Shown in pieces: positions 1-9,523 of a stretch of DNA of 64,000 bases. The notes under the pieces were generated by a model. That model was given only the letters and a program-made list of their open reading frames with translations. It was not told the origin of the DNA and did not search any database. Position 1 is the first letter of the stretch. Each line of letters begins with the position of its first letter. The translations under genes were made by a program, and so were the position numbers. The stretch is taken from assembly GCA_016290195.1 (NCBI GenBank), contig JAEETF010000016.1, forward strand, positions 12,879 to 76,878, given 5' to 3'. The DNA comes from Bacilli bacterium. GTDB taxonomy: Bacteria > Bacillota_I > Bacilli_A > RF39 > UBA660.

Positions 1-2
1 AA

Positions 3-305
3 ACTACGGATAGGTATTCATTTAAAATATTAGAAAATAAAGATATTGCTTTTGACCATCCAAGTGTTATATTATCTGGGATGGAAAGATTAAAAAATAA
101 ATTAGAATATACAGATATTGTTTTTAATATGATGCCAGAATTATTTACTTTAGGAGAGTTACAGCAAGTATATGAAGTAATACTTGGTAAAAAATTACTT
201 GATCCGGCTTTTAGAAGAATCATTGCTAATAAAGTAGAAAAAACAAAATTTATGAAAACTGGTGGAGGACATAGACCTAGTTATTTATTTAAATATAAGA
301 AATGA
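3..305 (+). CDS. 3' fragment of a gene truncated by the window start; possibly the winged-helix C-terminal domain of a Nudix-associated (NrtR-like) regulator
   Basis: Open reading frame runs from position 3 with no upstream stop in the window and ends TGA at 303-305. Assignment rests on weak recollection of NrtR C-termini. Confidence 0.3.
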   Translation, partial: TTDRYSFKILENKDIAFDHPSVILSGMERLKNKLEYTDIVFNMMPELFTLGELQQVYEVILGKKLLDPAFRRIIANKVEKTKFMKTGGGHRPSYLFKYKK

Positions 306-499
306 ATTTAGAATTAAGATTATTAGAAATAGATAAATATAAATAAGAGTAATTAATAATTGAATTAATTACTTTTTATTTGATTATTAGTGATGTTATA
401 TATATTTTTATGAATAATTGTTAATAGTTGTACTATTTTTAATATTAGTTATGTCAAAATTAAACAAATGTCATAAATTATATTAGAGGTGATAATATT

Positions 500-1534
500 A
501 TGGCATTAAAAGGTGTTGTAATTGATGCTGGACATGGTGGTGCTGATCCAGGGGCTATTGGTAATGGTTACCAAGAAAAAAATATTAATTCTATGATGGC
601 AGATTATATGTTTAATAGATTTAATGAACTTGGTATTCCAGTTAAATATGTTAGAAGTACTGATGAAACATTATCTCCTAAAGATAGAACTAGAGAGATA
701 CTTGAAGCATATGGTAATGACCCAGATGTACTAGTTATATCTAATCATATAAATGCGGGAGGTGCTGAAGGAGCTGAAGTAATATATGCACTTAGAAATG
801 ATGGTCAGTTTGCCAGTTTAATACTAGAAGGATTAGAGGAAGCTGGTCAAAAAACTAGAAAAGTATATCAAAGGAGACTACCTAGTAATCCATCAAAAGA
901 TTATAATTTTTTATTTCGTGATACAGGTGTTACAGAACCAGTAATAGTTGAATATGGTTTTATAGATAATGCTAAAGATATAAATAGGGTAGTTGATAAT
1001 GCTGAAAAATATGCTGAAGTAGTTGTTAAGGCAGTTACAGATTATAAAAATTTACCATATACTGCTCCCGGTGAAAAAAATAATACAGCATTTACTTATA
1101 ACGTTCAAAATGGTGATACTTTATGGAGTATATCTAAAAAATATAACTTAAAAGTAGATGATATAAAGCGTGCTAATAATCTTATAAATGATACTTTAAA
1201 AATAGGGCAAAAACTCTTGATTCCTATTACAAATGATGAAAGTAATGTTTATATTGTTCAAAGTGGAGATACATTATATGCGATTGCAATTAAAAATAAT
1301 ATAAGTGTTGATGAATTAAAAAAAGCTAATAATTTAAAAAGTAATTTACTTAGTATTGGTCAAAAGTTAATTATTCCAAATAATAGTAAAGAAGTAGAAT
1401 ATGTTGTTAAAGCAGGAGATAGTTTATGGAAAATAGCTAGACTATATAATACAACTGTAAATGATATAAAAAAATTTAATAGTTTAACAAGTGATTTGTT
1501 AAAAATAGGACAAGTTCTTAAATTAGTAATTTAA
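500..1534 (+). CDS. N-acetylmuramoyl-L-alanine amidase (Amidase_3) with three C-terminal LysM repeats
   Basis: N-terminal 'VVIDAGHGGADPGAIGNG' is a typical Amidase_3 start. Three LysM units follow (YNVQNGDTLWSISKKYN, YIVQSGDTLYAIAIKNN, YVVKAGDSLWKIARLYN). RBS 'agaggtga' precedes the ATG. Confidence 0.85.
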   Translation: MALKGVVIDAGHGGADPGAIGNGYQEKNINSMMADYMFNRFNELGIPVKYVRSTDETLSPKDRTREILEAYGNDPDVLVISNHINAGGAEGAEVIYALRNDGQFASLILEGLEEAGQKTRKVYQRRLPSNPSKDYNFLFRDTGVTEPVIVEYGFIDNAKDINRVVDNAEKYAEVVVKAVTDYKNLPYTAPGEKNNTAFTYNVQNGDTLWSISKKYNLKVDDIKRANNLINDTLKIGQKLLIPITNDESNVYIVQSGDTLYAIAIKNNISVDELKKANNLKSNLLSIGQKLIIPNNSKEVEYVVKAGDSLWKIARLYNTTVNDIKKFNSLTSDLLKIGQVLKLVI

Positions 1535-1599
1535 GAGCTTTATTTATTTGACATAATAAATAAAAAATAATACAATAGATGTAGTATTTGAGGTGCTAT

Positions 1600-2526
1600 A
1601 TGAAGAAAAAAATTGCGGTTTTAATACCATGTTATAATGAATCAAAAACAATTGAGAAAGTAGTTAAAGATTATCACAAGGTTTTACCTGATGCTGATAT
1701 TTATGTTTATGATAATAATTCTAGTGATGGTACAGATAAAATTGCTGAAAAAGCAGGTGCTATTATTAGATACGAATATAAACAAGGAAAAGGAAATGTT
1801 ATTAGATCAATGTTTAAAGATATTGATGCTGATTGCTATTTAATGATTGATGGTGATGATACATATCCTAAAGAAAATGCTGTAGAAATGTGTAATCTTA
1901 TATTAGAAAGAAAAGCTGATATGGTTATTGGTGATCGTTTATCAAGTACATATTTTACAGAAAATAAAAGACCATTTCATAATTTTGGTAATGTTTTAGT
2001 AAGAGGATTAATTAACTTTTTATTTAAGAGTAATGTTCGTGATATTATGACTGGATATCGTGCTTTTAGTTATGATTTTGTTAAAACATTCCCTGTTCTA
2101 TCTAAAGGTTTTGAAATAGAAACAGAAATGACTATACATGCACTAGATAAAAATTTCTTATTAAAAGAAATTCCTGTTGAATATCGTGATAGACCAGCAG
2201 GTAGTGTATCTAAACTTCATACATTTAGAGATGGAGCTAAAGTTTTAAAAACTATTACAAGATTATTTAAAGAATACAAACCAAGACTTTTCTTTGGATT
2301 ACTTAGTTTATTATTCTTTATTATTTCTATGATTATTGGTATTCCAGTATTTAAAGAATATTTTGATACAGGATTAGTACCACGTTTTCCAAGTTTAATA
2401 TTTGCTGGTTTTATGCTTGTAATTTCAATGTTATTCTTTACATGTGGAATTATTCTAGAAGTTGTTGTAAAAAAACATAGACAATTATTTGAATTAGAAC
2501 TCATAAGGACAAAGAAAAATGATTAA
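1600..2526 (+). CDS. GT2-family polyprenyl-phosphate glycosyltransferase (GtrB/DPM1-like) with C-terminal TM helices
   Basis: 'IPCYNESKTIEKVV' and 'DGDDTYP' (DxD) GT2 motifs plus two C-terminal TM segments. ATG 1600 is preferred over TTG 1588 because of RBS 'gaggtg' at 1590-1595. Confidence 0.8.
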   Translation: MKKKIAVLIPCYNESKTIEKVVKDYHKVLPDADIYVYDNNSSDGTDKIAEKAGAIIRYEYKQGKGNVIRSMFKDIDADCYLMIDGDDTYPKENAVEMCNLILERKADMVIGDRLSSTYFTENKRPFHNFGNVLVRGLINFLFKSNVRDIMTGYRAFSYDFVKTFPVLSKGFEIETEMTIHALDKNFLLKEIPVEYRDRPAGSVSKLHTFRDGAKVLKTITRLFKEYKPRLFFGLLSLLFFIISMIIGIPVFKEYFDTGLVPRFPSLIFAGFMLVISMLFFTCGIILEVVVKKHRQLFELELIRTKKND

Positions 2527-2917
2527 AAATTTTTTACAAAGTAAACTATTTAAACAATTATTTAGATTTGGTATAGTTGGTGGAATAGCTTTTGTTATTG
2601 ACTATAGTATTATGGTTTTATGCAAAGAAGTATTTCATTTATCAACACTTTTATCTGCAGGACTTGGTTTTACTATATCAGTTATATTTAATTATATTGC
2701 TAGTGTTAAATGGGTTTTTGATGTTAATAAAAAGAATAGTTCAACTAAACAATTTATTTTATTTATAATTTTTAGTGTTATGGGGCTTGGAATTACAGAA
2801 TTAATAATGTGGTTTGGTGAAGATATTTTATTAATTAGTTATTTAATTGTTAAAATATTCGCAACTGCTGTAGTAATGGTATTTAATTTTATTACTAGAA
2901 AAATGTTTTTAGAATAG
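2519..2917 (+). CDS. GtrA-family small membrane protein (polysaccharide synthesis or flippase accessory)
   Basis: 132 aa with four TM helices, 'FRFGIVGGIAFVIDY' GtrA signature, overlapping the upstream GT2 gene by 8 nt (classic gtrA/gtrB pairing). Confidence 0.7.
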   Translation: MIKNFLQSKLFKQLFRFGIVGGIAFVIDYSIMVLCKEVFHLSTLLSAGLGFTISVIFNYIASVKWVFDVNKKNSSTKQFILFIIFSVMGLGITELIMWFGEDILLISYLIVKIFATAVVMVFNFITRKMFLE

Positions 2918-2971
2918 ATTAATAAAGGACATAATTAGTCCTTTTTTTCATATATTTTTATAGGTGAAAAT

Positions 2972-4045
2972 ATGAAGAAAATAATTATAATTTTATTTTT
3001 AGTATTGTTTCCTATAAAAGTATTTGCTCTTGAAACAAGTGCCACAAGTTCTATTTTAATGGATCAAGATTCACATAGAATTTTATATGCTGATAATATT
3101 CATAAAGTTCGTGGAGTAGCTTCCATTTCTAAAATAATGACAGCAATATTAGCTTGTGAAAGTGGTAAACTTGATGATGTTATAACTATTAATGAAAGTA
3201 TAAATAGTGCATATGGATCAGGTATTTATATTAAAGTAGGAGAAGAATTAACATTACGTGATTTAGTATATGGACTTATGCTTAGAAGTGGTAATGATGC
3301 AGCAAGTGCTATAGCTGATTATGTTGGTGGAGATATAGATAAGTTTGTTGAAATGATGAATAACAAAGCTAAAGAAATTGGAATGAAAAACTCTAAATTT
3401 AATAATCCTAGTGGTCTTGATGATAATGGTGGTAATCTTTCAACTGCATATGATATGGCTCTTCTTATGAGTTATGCAATGAAAAATAAAGAATTTAAAA
3501 CAATAACAGGTACAAAAGTTTATAAATTAAAAACAAATATGAATTATTATTCTTGGATAAATAAAAATAAATTACTAAATAGTTATAAATATACAACTGG
3601 TGGTAAAACAGGATTTACTGATGTAGCTAAAAGAACATTAGTTACAACAGCTACAAAAGATAATTTAAATTTAGTAGCAGTTACTTTAAATGATGGTAAT
3701 GATTTTATAGATCATAAAAATTTATTTGAATATGGATTTAGTAAATATAAAAATTATTCTATTTTAGAATCAGGAATAATAAATATATATGATGAAAATT
3801 ATTATGGTAAAAGTGAATTTTATATTAATAATTCATTTTCATATCCATTACTTGAAACAGAGCAAAGTAGTATTAAATTAAAATTTTTAATAGAGAAAAA
3901 AGAAGATATTAAGAGTAATGAAGAAATAGGTAATGTAGAAGTATTTATTGGTGATAAAAAAATATATGAAGATATTTTGTTTATAAGAGAAAAAGAAAAT
4001 GACAAAGCTGGCTTTTTTACTAAATTAAGGAGCTTATTTAAATGA
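2972..4045 (+). CDS. dacB: D-alanyl-D-alanine carboxypeptidase (PBP5*-type, sporulation-associated)
   Basis: Signal peptide, SxxK active site 'ASISKIMTA', 'SGN' motif 'LRSGNDAA'. Sits directly upstream of spmA-spmB as in the Bacillus dacB operon. Confidence 0.8.
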   Translation: MKKIIIILFLVLFPIKVFALETSATSSILMDQDSHRILYADNIHKVRGVASISKIMTAILACESGKLDDVITINESINSAYGSGIYIKVGEELTLRDLVYGLMLRSGNDAASAIADYVGGDIDKFVEMMNNKAKEIGMKNSKFNNPSGLDDNGGNLSTAYDMALLMSYAMKNKEFKTITGTKVYKLKTNMNYYSWINKNKLLNSYKYTTGGKTGFTDVAKRTLVTTATKDNLNLVAVTLNDGNDFIDHKNLFEYGFSKYKNYSILESGIINIYDENYYGKSEFYINNSFSYPLLETEQSSIKLKFLIEKKEDIKSNEEIGNVEVFIGDKKIYEDILFIREKENDKAGFFTKLRSLFK

Positions 4046-4626
4046 TAAATAAATTATGGGCATTATTTATTATAATTGGAATTATTACATTTATTATAAC
4101 TGGTGATTATGAAGGCTTAAATGCAACTATTTTAAATAGTGGTCAAAAAACATTTGATATGGTTATTAAAATATTTCCAGTAATAGCTTTATGGCTTGGT
4201 ATTATGGAAATCGCAACTGCCTCAGGGTTGCTTAAAAAACTATCAAATTTATTTTATCCTATTTTAAAACACCTTTTTCCAGAAATACCTAAAGATAATA
4301 AAGCACTTGGATATATATCAAGCAATATCATAACTAATATGTTTGGTCTTGGAAATGCAGCTACACCATTTGGTTTAAAAGCAATGAAAGAACTTCAAAA
4401 ACTTAATAAGAAAAGAAACGAAGCAACAAGAAGCATGATTACTTTTTTAGTAATTAATACTAGTGGAGTCACTATTTTTCCAACAACAGTTATATCACTT
4501 CGTATGATGTATGAAAGTAAAAATCCATCAGAAATAATACCAATATGTATTTTAACAACATTTATTTCATTAATGATTGCTATTATGATTGATAAAATAT
4601 TTGCTAGAAGGTATCAACATGAGTAA
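4042..4626 (+). CDS. spmA: spore maturation protein A (nucleoside-transporter/Gate-domain membrane protein)
   Basis: ~194 aa polytopic membrane protein with ATGA overlap onto dacB; size and position match SpmA. Confidence 0.75.
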   Translation: MINKLWALFIIIGIITFIITGDYEGLNATILNSGQKTFDMVIKIFPVIALWLGIMEIATASGLLKKLSNLFYPILKHLFPEIPKDNKALGYISSNIITNMFGLGNAATPFGLKAMKELQKLNKKRNEATRSMITFLVINTSGVTIFPTTVISLRMMYESKNPSEIIPICILTTFISLMIAIMIDKIFARRYQHE

Positions 4627-5119
4627 TCTAATATTACCAGGTATTGTTATTATTGTTATTATTTATGGATTATATAAAAAAAGAGATATTTATAATGATT
4701 TTACTAATGGTGCAAAGCAAAGTTTTAATATGATTTTTGAAATGTTTCCATCAATGCTAGCTATGATTTTAGGTATTAATTTGTTACTTGACAGTGGTTT
4801 TATTACTAAAATATTTAGTATTTTTTCATTTAAGTTTTTACCAGTAGATATTTTTCCTATGGCCATATTAAGACCAATATCTGGAAGTTCTACATTAGCA
4901 GTTTTAACAAATATTTTTAAAGTTTCAGGACCAGATAGTTTAGCAGGTAGAATAGCTTCTATAATACAAGGATCTACTGATACAACTATTTACGTTTTAA
5001 CATTATATTTTGGAACTATTGGTATAAAAAAAATAAAATATGCTTTAACTGTAGGACTTATTTCAGATTTAATTAGTATTGTAACAGCTATTATTTTAGT
5101 AAATATATTTTTTCATTGA
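4619..5119 (+). CDS. spmB: spore maturation protein B
   Basis: ~166 aa membrane protein immediately after spmA. ATG 4619 is chosen (RBS 'agaagg') rather than the upstream in-frame ATG 4589, which overlaps spmA. Confidence 0.75.
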   Translation: MSNLILPGIVIIVIIYGLYKKRDIYNDFTNGAKQSFNMIFEMFPSMLAMILGINLLLDSGFITKIFSIFSFKFLPVDIFPMAILRPISGSSTLAVLTNIFKVSGPDSLAGRIASIIQGSTDTTIYVLTLYFGTIGIKKIKYALTVGLISDLISIVTAIILVNIFFH

Positions 5120-5159
5120 AAAAGTGTTTAATTTAATGTATAATTCATTAAAGGTGATG

Positions 5160-5882
5160 GACATGGAAAGAATCCAAAAAATAATAGCTAATCGTGGCTA
5201 TTGTTCTAGAAGAAAAGCTGAAGAATATATTTTAGCTGGTAAAGTAAGATTAAATGGTGAAATAGTAAAAGAACTTGGTACTCTTGCACAACCAAGTGAT
5301 ATTATTGAAGTTAATGGCGATATTATTAAACAAGAAGATAAAGAGTATATATTACTTTATAAACCACGTGGTGTAATTACTTCAACAAATGATGATAAAA
5401 AAAGAAAAACAGTTATTGATATAGTTAAAAGCAAAAAAAGAATTTATCCTGTAGGACGACTTGATTATGATACTAGTGGTATACTTTTACTTACTAATGA
5501 TGGTGAATTAACTAATAGCTTGATTCATCCTAAAAATGAAATAGAAAAAATGTATATTGCAAAAGTAAAAGGATTTGTAAATAAGGATGATATTAAATCA
5601 CTATGTAGGGGTGTAGTAATTGATGGATATAAAACTGCACCTGCTAAAGCAAAATTAAAAAAATATGATCGTTCAACTAATACTTCAATTGTAGAATTAA
5701 TAATTCATGAAGGAAAAAATCATCAAGTTAAAAAGATGTTTAGTACTTTAGGTTATGAGGTTTTAAAACTAAAAAGAGAAACTTTTGCCTTTTTAAATCT
5801 TAATGGATTAAAATCTGGTGAATATCGTAATTTAACTCCAAAGGAAGTAAAAATTTTATATAGTTTAGTACAAAAAAAGTAA
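5160..5882 (+). CDS. rluB: 23S rRNA pseudouridine synthase (RsuA/RluB family, S4 domain plus PseudoU_synth_2)
   Basis: N-terminal S4 'RIQKIIANRGYCSRRKAEEYI', catalytic 'PVGRLDYDTSGILLLTNDG'. RBS 'aaaggtga'. Confidence 0.8.
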   Translation, partial: DMERIQKIIANRGYCSRRKAEEYILAGKVRLNGEIVKELGTLAQPSDIIEVNGDIIKQEDKEYILLYKPRGVITSTNDDKKRKTVIDIVKSKKRIYPVGRLDYDTSGILLLTNDGELTNSLIHPKNEIEKMYIAKVKGFVNKDDIKSLCRGVVIDGYKTAPAKAKLKKYDRSTNTSIVELIIHEGKNHQVKKMFSTLGYEVLKLKRETFAFLNLNGLKSGEYRNLTPKEVKILYSLVQKK

Positions 5883-5897
5883 AGCCATGCTTTACTT

Positions 5898-6104
5898 TTA
5901 TTTTTCTTCTACTGAAATAGCACTTGTAGGGCAACCGCTTTCAGCACCCTCTACATTGTCTTTTTCATCATCTGTAAGACTATCAAAGTCTTCTTTTTTT
6001 ACAGTTGCAAATCCTTCATCACTAAGTTCAAATACATTTGGTTCAAATCCTTCGCAAGCTCCACAACCAATACATTTATCTTTATCAATACATATTTTTT
6101 TCAT
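5898..6104 (-). CDS. small clostridial-type [4Fe-4S] ferredoxin
   Basis: 68 aa with 'CIGCGACEGFEP' and a distal 'CP' cysteine; strong RBS AAGGAGG upstream on the - strand. Confidence 0.8.
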   Translation of the reverse strand: MKKICIDKDKCIGCGACEGFEPNVFELSDEGFATVKKEDFDSLTDDEKDNVEGAESGCPTSAISVEEK

Positions 6105-6210
6105 AATATTCCTCCTTGTTTAATTATAAAAAAAACTTATCTATTTTGCAAGTAAATAGTTTTAAAATGACAAAATTTATGTTATCATTATAATAATCGG
6201 GGTGATAGAT

Positions 6211-7038
6211 ATGCCAAGTAGAATGGAACGCTATTATGAACCACGTGAAGGTGGACCAAGTAGAGCTAAGAAAAATCAAGAATTATATGAGCAAATAAAT
6301 GGTCAAGAAGAATTTGAAAATAAAGAATATATGGCAAAAGAGTATACAAATGTAGAAGGATTTGCTAAAACACCAGAAAAAGGTAGTGTAGATATTCGTA
6401 AAATTCGAGAAATGCTAAATACACGTGAAGAAAAGAATAAACCTAATATTCAAGAATTATATAAACAAATAGAACAAAAAGAGGAAACTGAACCTATTGT
6501 TGAAGAAAATAAGAATTATGATATAAATGATGTTTTAAATAAAGCAAAAGATGAAAGACCGGTAAATGAAGTAGAAAACAATTTTCATAGTTTAAAAAAT
6601 GTAGAACTTGATATACTTAAAAATTTAGAAATAAACAAAGTTCCAGAAGAAGAACCTAATGAAGAAGAAAAACAAGATATATCACAATTGTTTAATACAA
6701 TTACTAATACTAGCTTATTAGATAAAATGGGTGATGATGAGTTATCACTTGATTTACTTGGAGATTTGAAATCTAATGGAACAACTATGATAAGTGATGC
6801 TGCTGAAATGAAAGAAGCCCTTGAAGAAGCTAAAAATAAGCCGCAAGAAGATAATCAAATGGATAAATCATTTTATACATCAACTTTCAAATTTGGTAAA
6901 TTAAAAAAATTATATGCTGAAAATGATGAAGATGAAGAAAATGAAAACAAAAGTGTAGCATTTAAAATAATTATTGCTGTTTTAAGCCTTTTCGCTTTAG
7001 CAATTTTAGTATTTATTATTTGGAAAATACTTCATTAA
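6211..7038 (+). CDS. hypothetical acidic (Glu/Lys/Asn-rich) protein with a single C-terminal TM anchor
   Basis: Low-complexity acidic sequence ending in 'FKIIIAVLSLFALAILVFIIW'. RBS 'ggggtga' before ATG 6211 (the ORF track starts at an upstream GTG). Confidence 0.5.
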   Translation: MPSRMERYYEPREGGPSRAKKNQELYEQINGQEEFENKEYMAKEYTNVEGFAKTPEKGSVDIRKIREMLNTREEKNKPNIQELYKQIEQKEETEPIVEENKNYDINDVLNKAKDERPVNEVENNFHSLKNVELDILKNLEINKVPEEEPNEEEKQDISQLFNTITNTSLLDKMGDDELSLDLLGDLKSNGTTMISDAAEMKEALEEAKNKPQEDNQMDKSFYTSTFKFGKLKKLYAENDEDEENENKSVAFKIIIAVLSLFALAILVFIIWKILH

Positions 7039-7064
7039 GAAAGATTAAATTCTTTCTTTTTTTA
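7039..7064 (+). terminator. intrinsic terminator after the acidic-protein gene
   Basis: Hairpin 'agaaagattaaattctttct' followed by a T-run. Confidence 0.5.
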
Positions 7065-7089
7065 TGTTATAATTTTTTTGGTGATATAT

Positions 7090-8313
7090 GTGCAAACTAT
7101 TGAAATAAATAAATTAGATCATCAAGGTAGAGGTATTGGAAAAATAGATAATAAAGTAATATTTGTTCCATATACACTTCCTGGTGATCTTGTAGAAGTA
7201 GAAATAACAAAAGAAAAAAAGAATTTTTTAGAAGGAAAAGTAAATAAATTTATAAATAAAAGTGATGAACATATTGAAAATAAATGTTTATATTATGGTA
7301 TATGTGGTGGTTGTCAATTAAGACATATGTCATATCAAAAACAATTAGAATTTAAACAAAATAAGATAGAAGAAATAATTAATAAATTTGTTAAAGAAAA
7401 AATAAAAATTAATAATATTATACCTTGTGATAATATTGATTATTATCGAAATAAAATATCTTTAAAAGTAGTAGATAATAAATTAGGTTTTAATATACTG
7501 GGAACACATAATATTATACCTATTAATGAATGTTTGATTGCTGATAAAAAAATAAATAATATTATTAAAGTGCTAAATAAACAAAATTTATCAGGAATAG
7601 ATAATATTATGATTAGAAGTAGTTTTGTAAATGATGATATTATGGTTTATTTAGAAGGAAAAAAGTGTCAAATTGATATAAATGAACTAAAAAAATATGT
7701 AACGAGTATTGCTTTACATATCAACGAAAATAGCAAAAAAGTAATCAACAAAGGTAATATAATTGAAAAATTAAATAATATTAAATATAAAATATCAAAT
7801 TTGTCATTTTTTCAAGTAAATACAGCTCAAACTATAAAATTATATGATTTAATTTTAGATAAAAGTAAGCTAAATGGTAAAGAAGTTGTATATGATTTAT
7901 ACTGTGGAACAGGAACAATAGGATTATATTTAAGTCATAAATGTAAGAAAGTAATTGGAATTGAGCTAATTGAAGATGCAGTTATAGATGCTAGAGAAAA
8001 TGCTAAAATAAATAATATTCAAAATTGTGAATTTTATGCTGGAGATGTTTCTAAAATAATTGAAAAAATGAATGAAAAAGCAGATGTAATAATTGTAGAT
8101 CCTCCACGAAATGGTCTTGATAATAAAACAATACAAAATATATTTCGCCTTAATCCTTTAAGAGTAGTTTATACATCTTGTGATCCAATAACACTTGCTA
8201 GAGATTTAAATATATTAAAAGAAAAATACAATATTATAGATATTACACCAGTTGATATGTTTCCAAATACATATCATGTGGAAACGGTCATGGTTTTAGA
8301 AAGGAAAAATTAA
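7090..8313 (+). CDS. rlmD: 23S rRNA (uracil-C5)-methyltransferase, RlmD/RumA family (TRAM, Fe-S and SAM-MTase domains)
   Basis: Cys cluster 'CLYYGICGGCQLRHM', SAM motif 'VYDLYCGTGTIGLYLS', 'DPPRNG'. Start codon is uncertain (in-frame TTG 7078, GTG 7081, GTG 7090). Confidence 0.8.
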   Translation: MQTIEINKLDHQGRGIGKIDNKVIFVPYTLPGDLVEVEITKEKKNFLEGKVNKFINKSDEHIENKCLYYGICGGCQLRHMSYQKQLEFKQNKIEEIINKFVKEKIKINNIIPCDNIDYYRNKISLKVVDNKLGFNILGTHNIIPINECLIADKKINNIIKVLNKQNLSGIDNIMIRSSFVNDDIMVYLEGKKCQIDINELKKYVTSIALHINENSKKVINKGNIIEKLNNIKYKISNLSFFQVNTAQTIKLYDLILDKSKLNGKEVVYDLYCGTGTIGLYLSHKCKKVIGIELIEDAVIDARENAKINNIQNCEFYAGDVSKIIEKMNEKADVIIVDPPRNGLDNKTIQNIFRLNPLRVVYTSCDPITLARDLNILKEKYNIIDITPVDMFPNTYHVETVMVLERKN

Positions 8314-8317
8314 AATG
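8254..8317 (+). repeat. direct repeat copy A: the native 3' end of rlmD plus RBS spacer
   Basis: 'gatatgtttccaaatacata...atggttttagaaaggaa.aattaa.atg' recurs at 9522-9585 with roughly 85% identity by eye. Confidence 0.7.
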
Positions 8318-8863
8318 ACAAAAGAATATTTTGATTTATTAAATGAAAATGGTGAAAGAATAGGGAAAACAAAATTAAGAAGTGAAGTACATCGTGATGG
8401 GGATTGGCACAAGGCAGTTCATATTTGGATTATAAATAATAAGGGGGATATTCTTCTTCAAAGAAGGTGCGCAACAAAAGATAGTAACCCTAATATGTTA
8501 GATATTTCAAGTGCTGGTCATTTATCTGCAGGTGATGATTCATTAACAGGAGCTATTAGAGAATTAAAAGAAGAATTAAACCTTGATGTTAATAAAGAAG
8601 ATTTAGAATATATAAAAACATTAAAGAGAAGTTCTAAATATACAGAAACTTTTATTAATAATGAATTTGACGATTTATATATTTTAAGAACTGATAAAAA
8701 ACTAGAAGATATGGAGTATCAAAAAGAGGAAATATCTGAAATAATGTATGTACCATACAAAGAGTTTAAAAAAATGGTACAAAATAAACAACCAGATTTA
8801 TTAGGACATGATGAAGAATTTGAAATATTATTTAATTTATTTGATAACGAATATGACAAGTAA
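8315..8863 (+). CDS. NUDIX hydrolase
   Basis: Nudix box 'GHLSAGDDSLTGAIRELKEELNL' (GX5EX7REUXEEXGU pattern). Confidence 0.8.
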   Translation: MTKEYFDLLNENGERIGKTKLRSEVHRDGDWHKAVHIWIINNKGDILLQRRCATKDSNPNMLDISSAGHLSAGDDSLTGAIRELKEELNLDVNKEDLEYIKTLKRSSKYTETFINNEFDDLYILRTDKKLEDMEYQKEEISEIMYVPYKEFKKMVQNKQPDLLGHDEEFEILFNLFDNEYDK

Positions 8864-8870
8864 TAAATAA

Positions 8871-8970
8871 CATGTTCTTTATCCGCATACATATAGGTAA
8901 CAGTGGGTATGAAATATGTTCGTTGACCAAATACATGGTTAAACGATATGTTCGTTAACCGCATACTAGG
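8871..8970 (+). repeat. three imperfect copies of a ~25-nt motif (ATATGTTCGTTRACC..ATAC) in the NUDIX/membrane-gene intergenic region
   Basis: Copies at 8871-8897, 8914-8938 and 8946-8970. Copy 2 also carries the 'ccaaatacat' core of the rlmD-end repeat. Confidence 0.45.
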
Positions 8971-8998
8971 CACGTTGAAATAGTTTGTAAAATGAAAT

Positions 8999-9026
8999 TA
9001 AGAGATACCAAATAGGTATCTTTTTT
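8999..9026 (+). terminator. intrinsic terminator
   Basis: Perfect hairpin 'agataccaaataggtatct' plus 'tttttt'; followed by an extended -10 'tgtggtataat'. Confidence 0.65.
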
Positions 9027-9052
9027 GTGGTATAATGTTTTTAGGTGATAAT

Positions 9053-9523
9053 ATGAATTTTGGTTTTTCTTATGTAGGATTAATATATTTATTAATGTTA
9101 TTTATACCAAATATTATTTGGAGTAAAAATTTACCTAAAAATTATGATAAGTATGTAAAAAATGAAAATAAAGCATTAGTAATATTAGAAAGAATAGGAG
9201 AAGTATTACTAACAGTACTACCATTAATTTTTAAAGATTTTAATATTAATAAAATATCTAATTGGTCTATTATATTATTAATATCTTTTTTATTAATGAT
9301 ACTTTATGAAATAAGCTGGATAAGATATTTTAAGAGTAATAAAACTATGGAAGATATGTATAAATCTATCATAGGTATTCCAGTACCAATAGCTTCTCTA
9401 CCTGTATTTGCATTTCTTTTATTAGGAGTATATGGTAAAAATATATTCATAATTATATCAATTATTATTATGGGTATAGGACATATAGGAATACATTTAA
9501 ATCACAGAAAAGAAATAAAATGA
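9053..9523 (+). CDS. hypothetical polytopic membrane protein
   Basis: Four or five hydrophobic helices. ATG 9053 has RBS 'aggtga'. Lies between the two rlmD-end repeats. Confidence 0.5.
   Translation: MNFGFSYVGLIYLLMLFIPNIIWSKNLPKNYDKYVKNENKALVILERIGEVLLTVLPLIFKDFNINKISNWSIILLISFLLMILYEISWIRYFKSNKTMEDMYKSIIGIPVPIASLPVFAFLLLGVYGKNIFIIISIIIMGIGHIGIHLNHRKEIK

Noticed and set aside
345-377. Inverted repeat 'gtaattaat..attaattac' plus T-run as terminator of the first partial gene
   Set aside because: The stem is almost entirely A/T (one G:C pair) and too weak to call confidently; it is kept only as a possibility.
2217-2504. 95-aa - strand ORF
   Set aside because: It is antisense within the GT2 gene.
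3820-4005. 61-aa - strand ORF
   Set aside because: It is antisense within dacB.
5887-6123. 78-aa + strand ORF opposite the ferredoxin gene
   Set aside because: It is a Ser/Leu-rich antisense artefact. The - strand ferredoxin has a strong RBS and clear Cys motifs.
9035-9052. Upstream ATG 9035 as the start of the membrane protein
   Set aside because: ATG 9053 has a proper RBS ('aggtga', 7-nt spacer), whereas 9035 has none and would overlap the predicted -10/TSS region.
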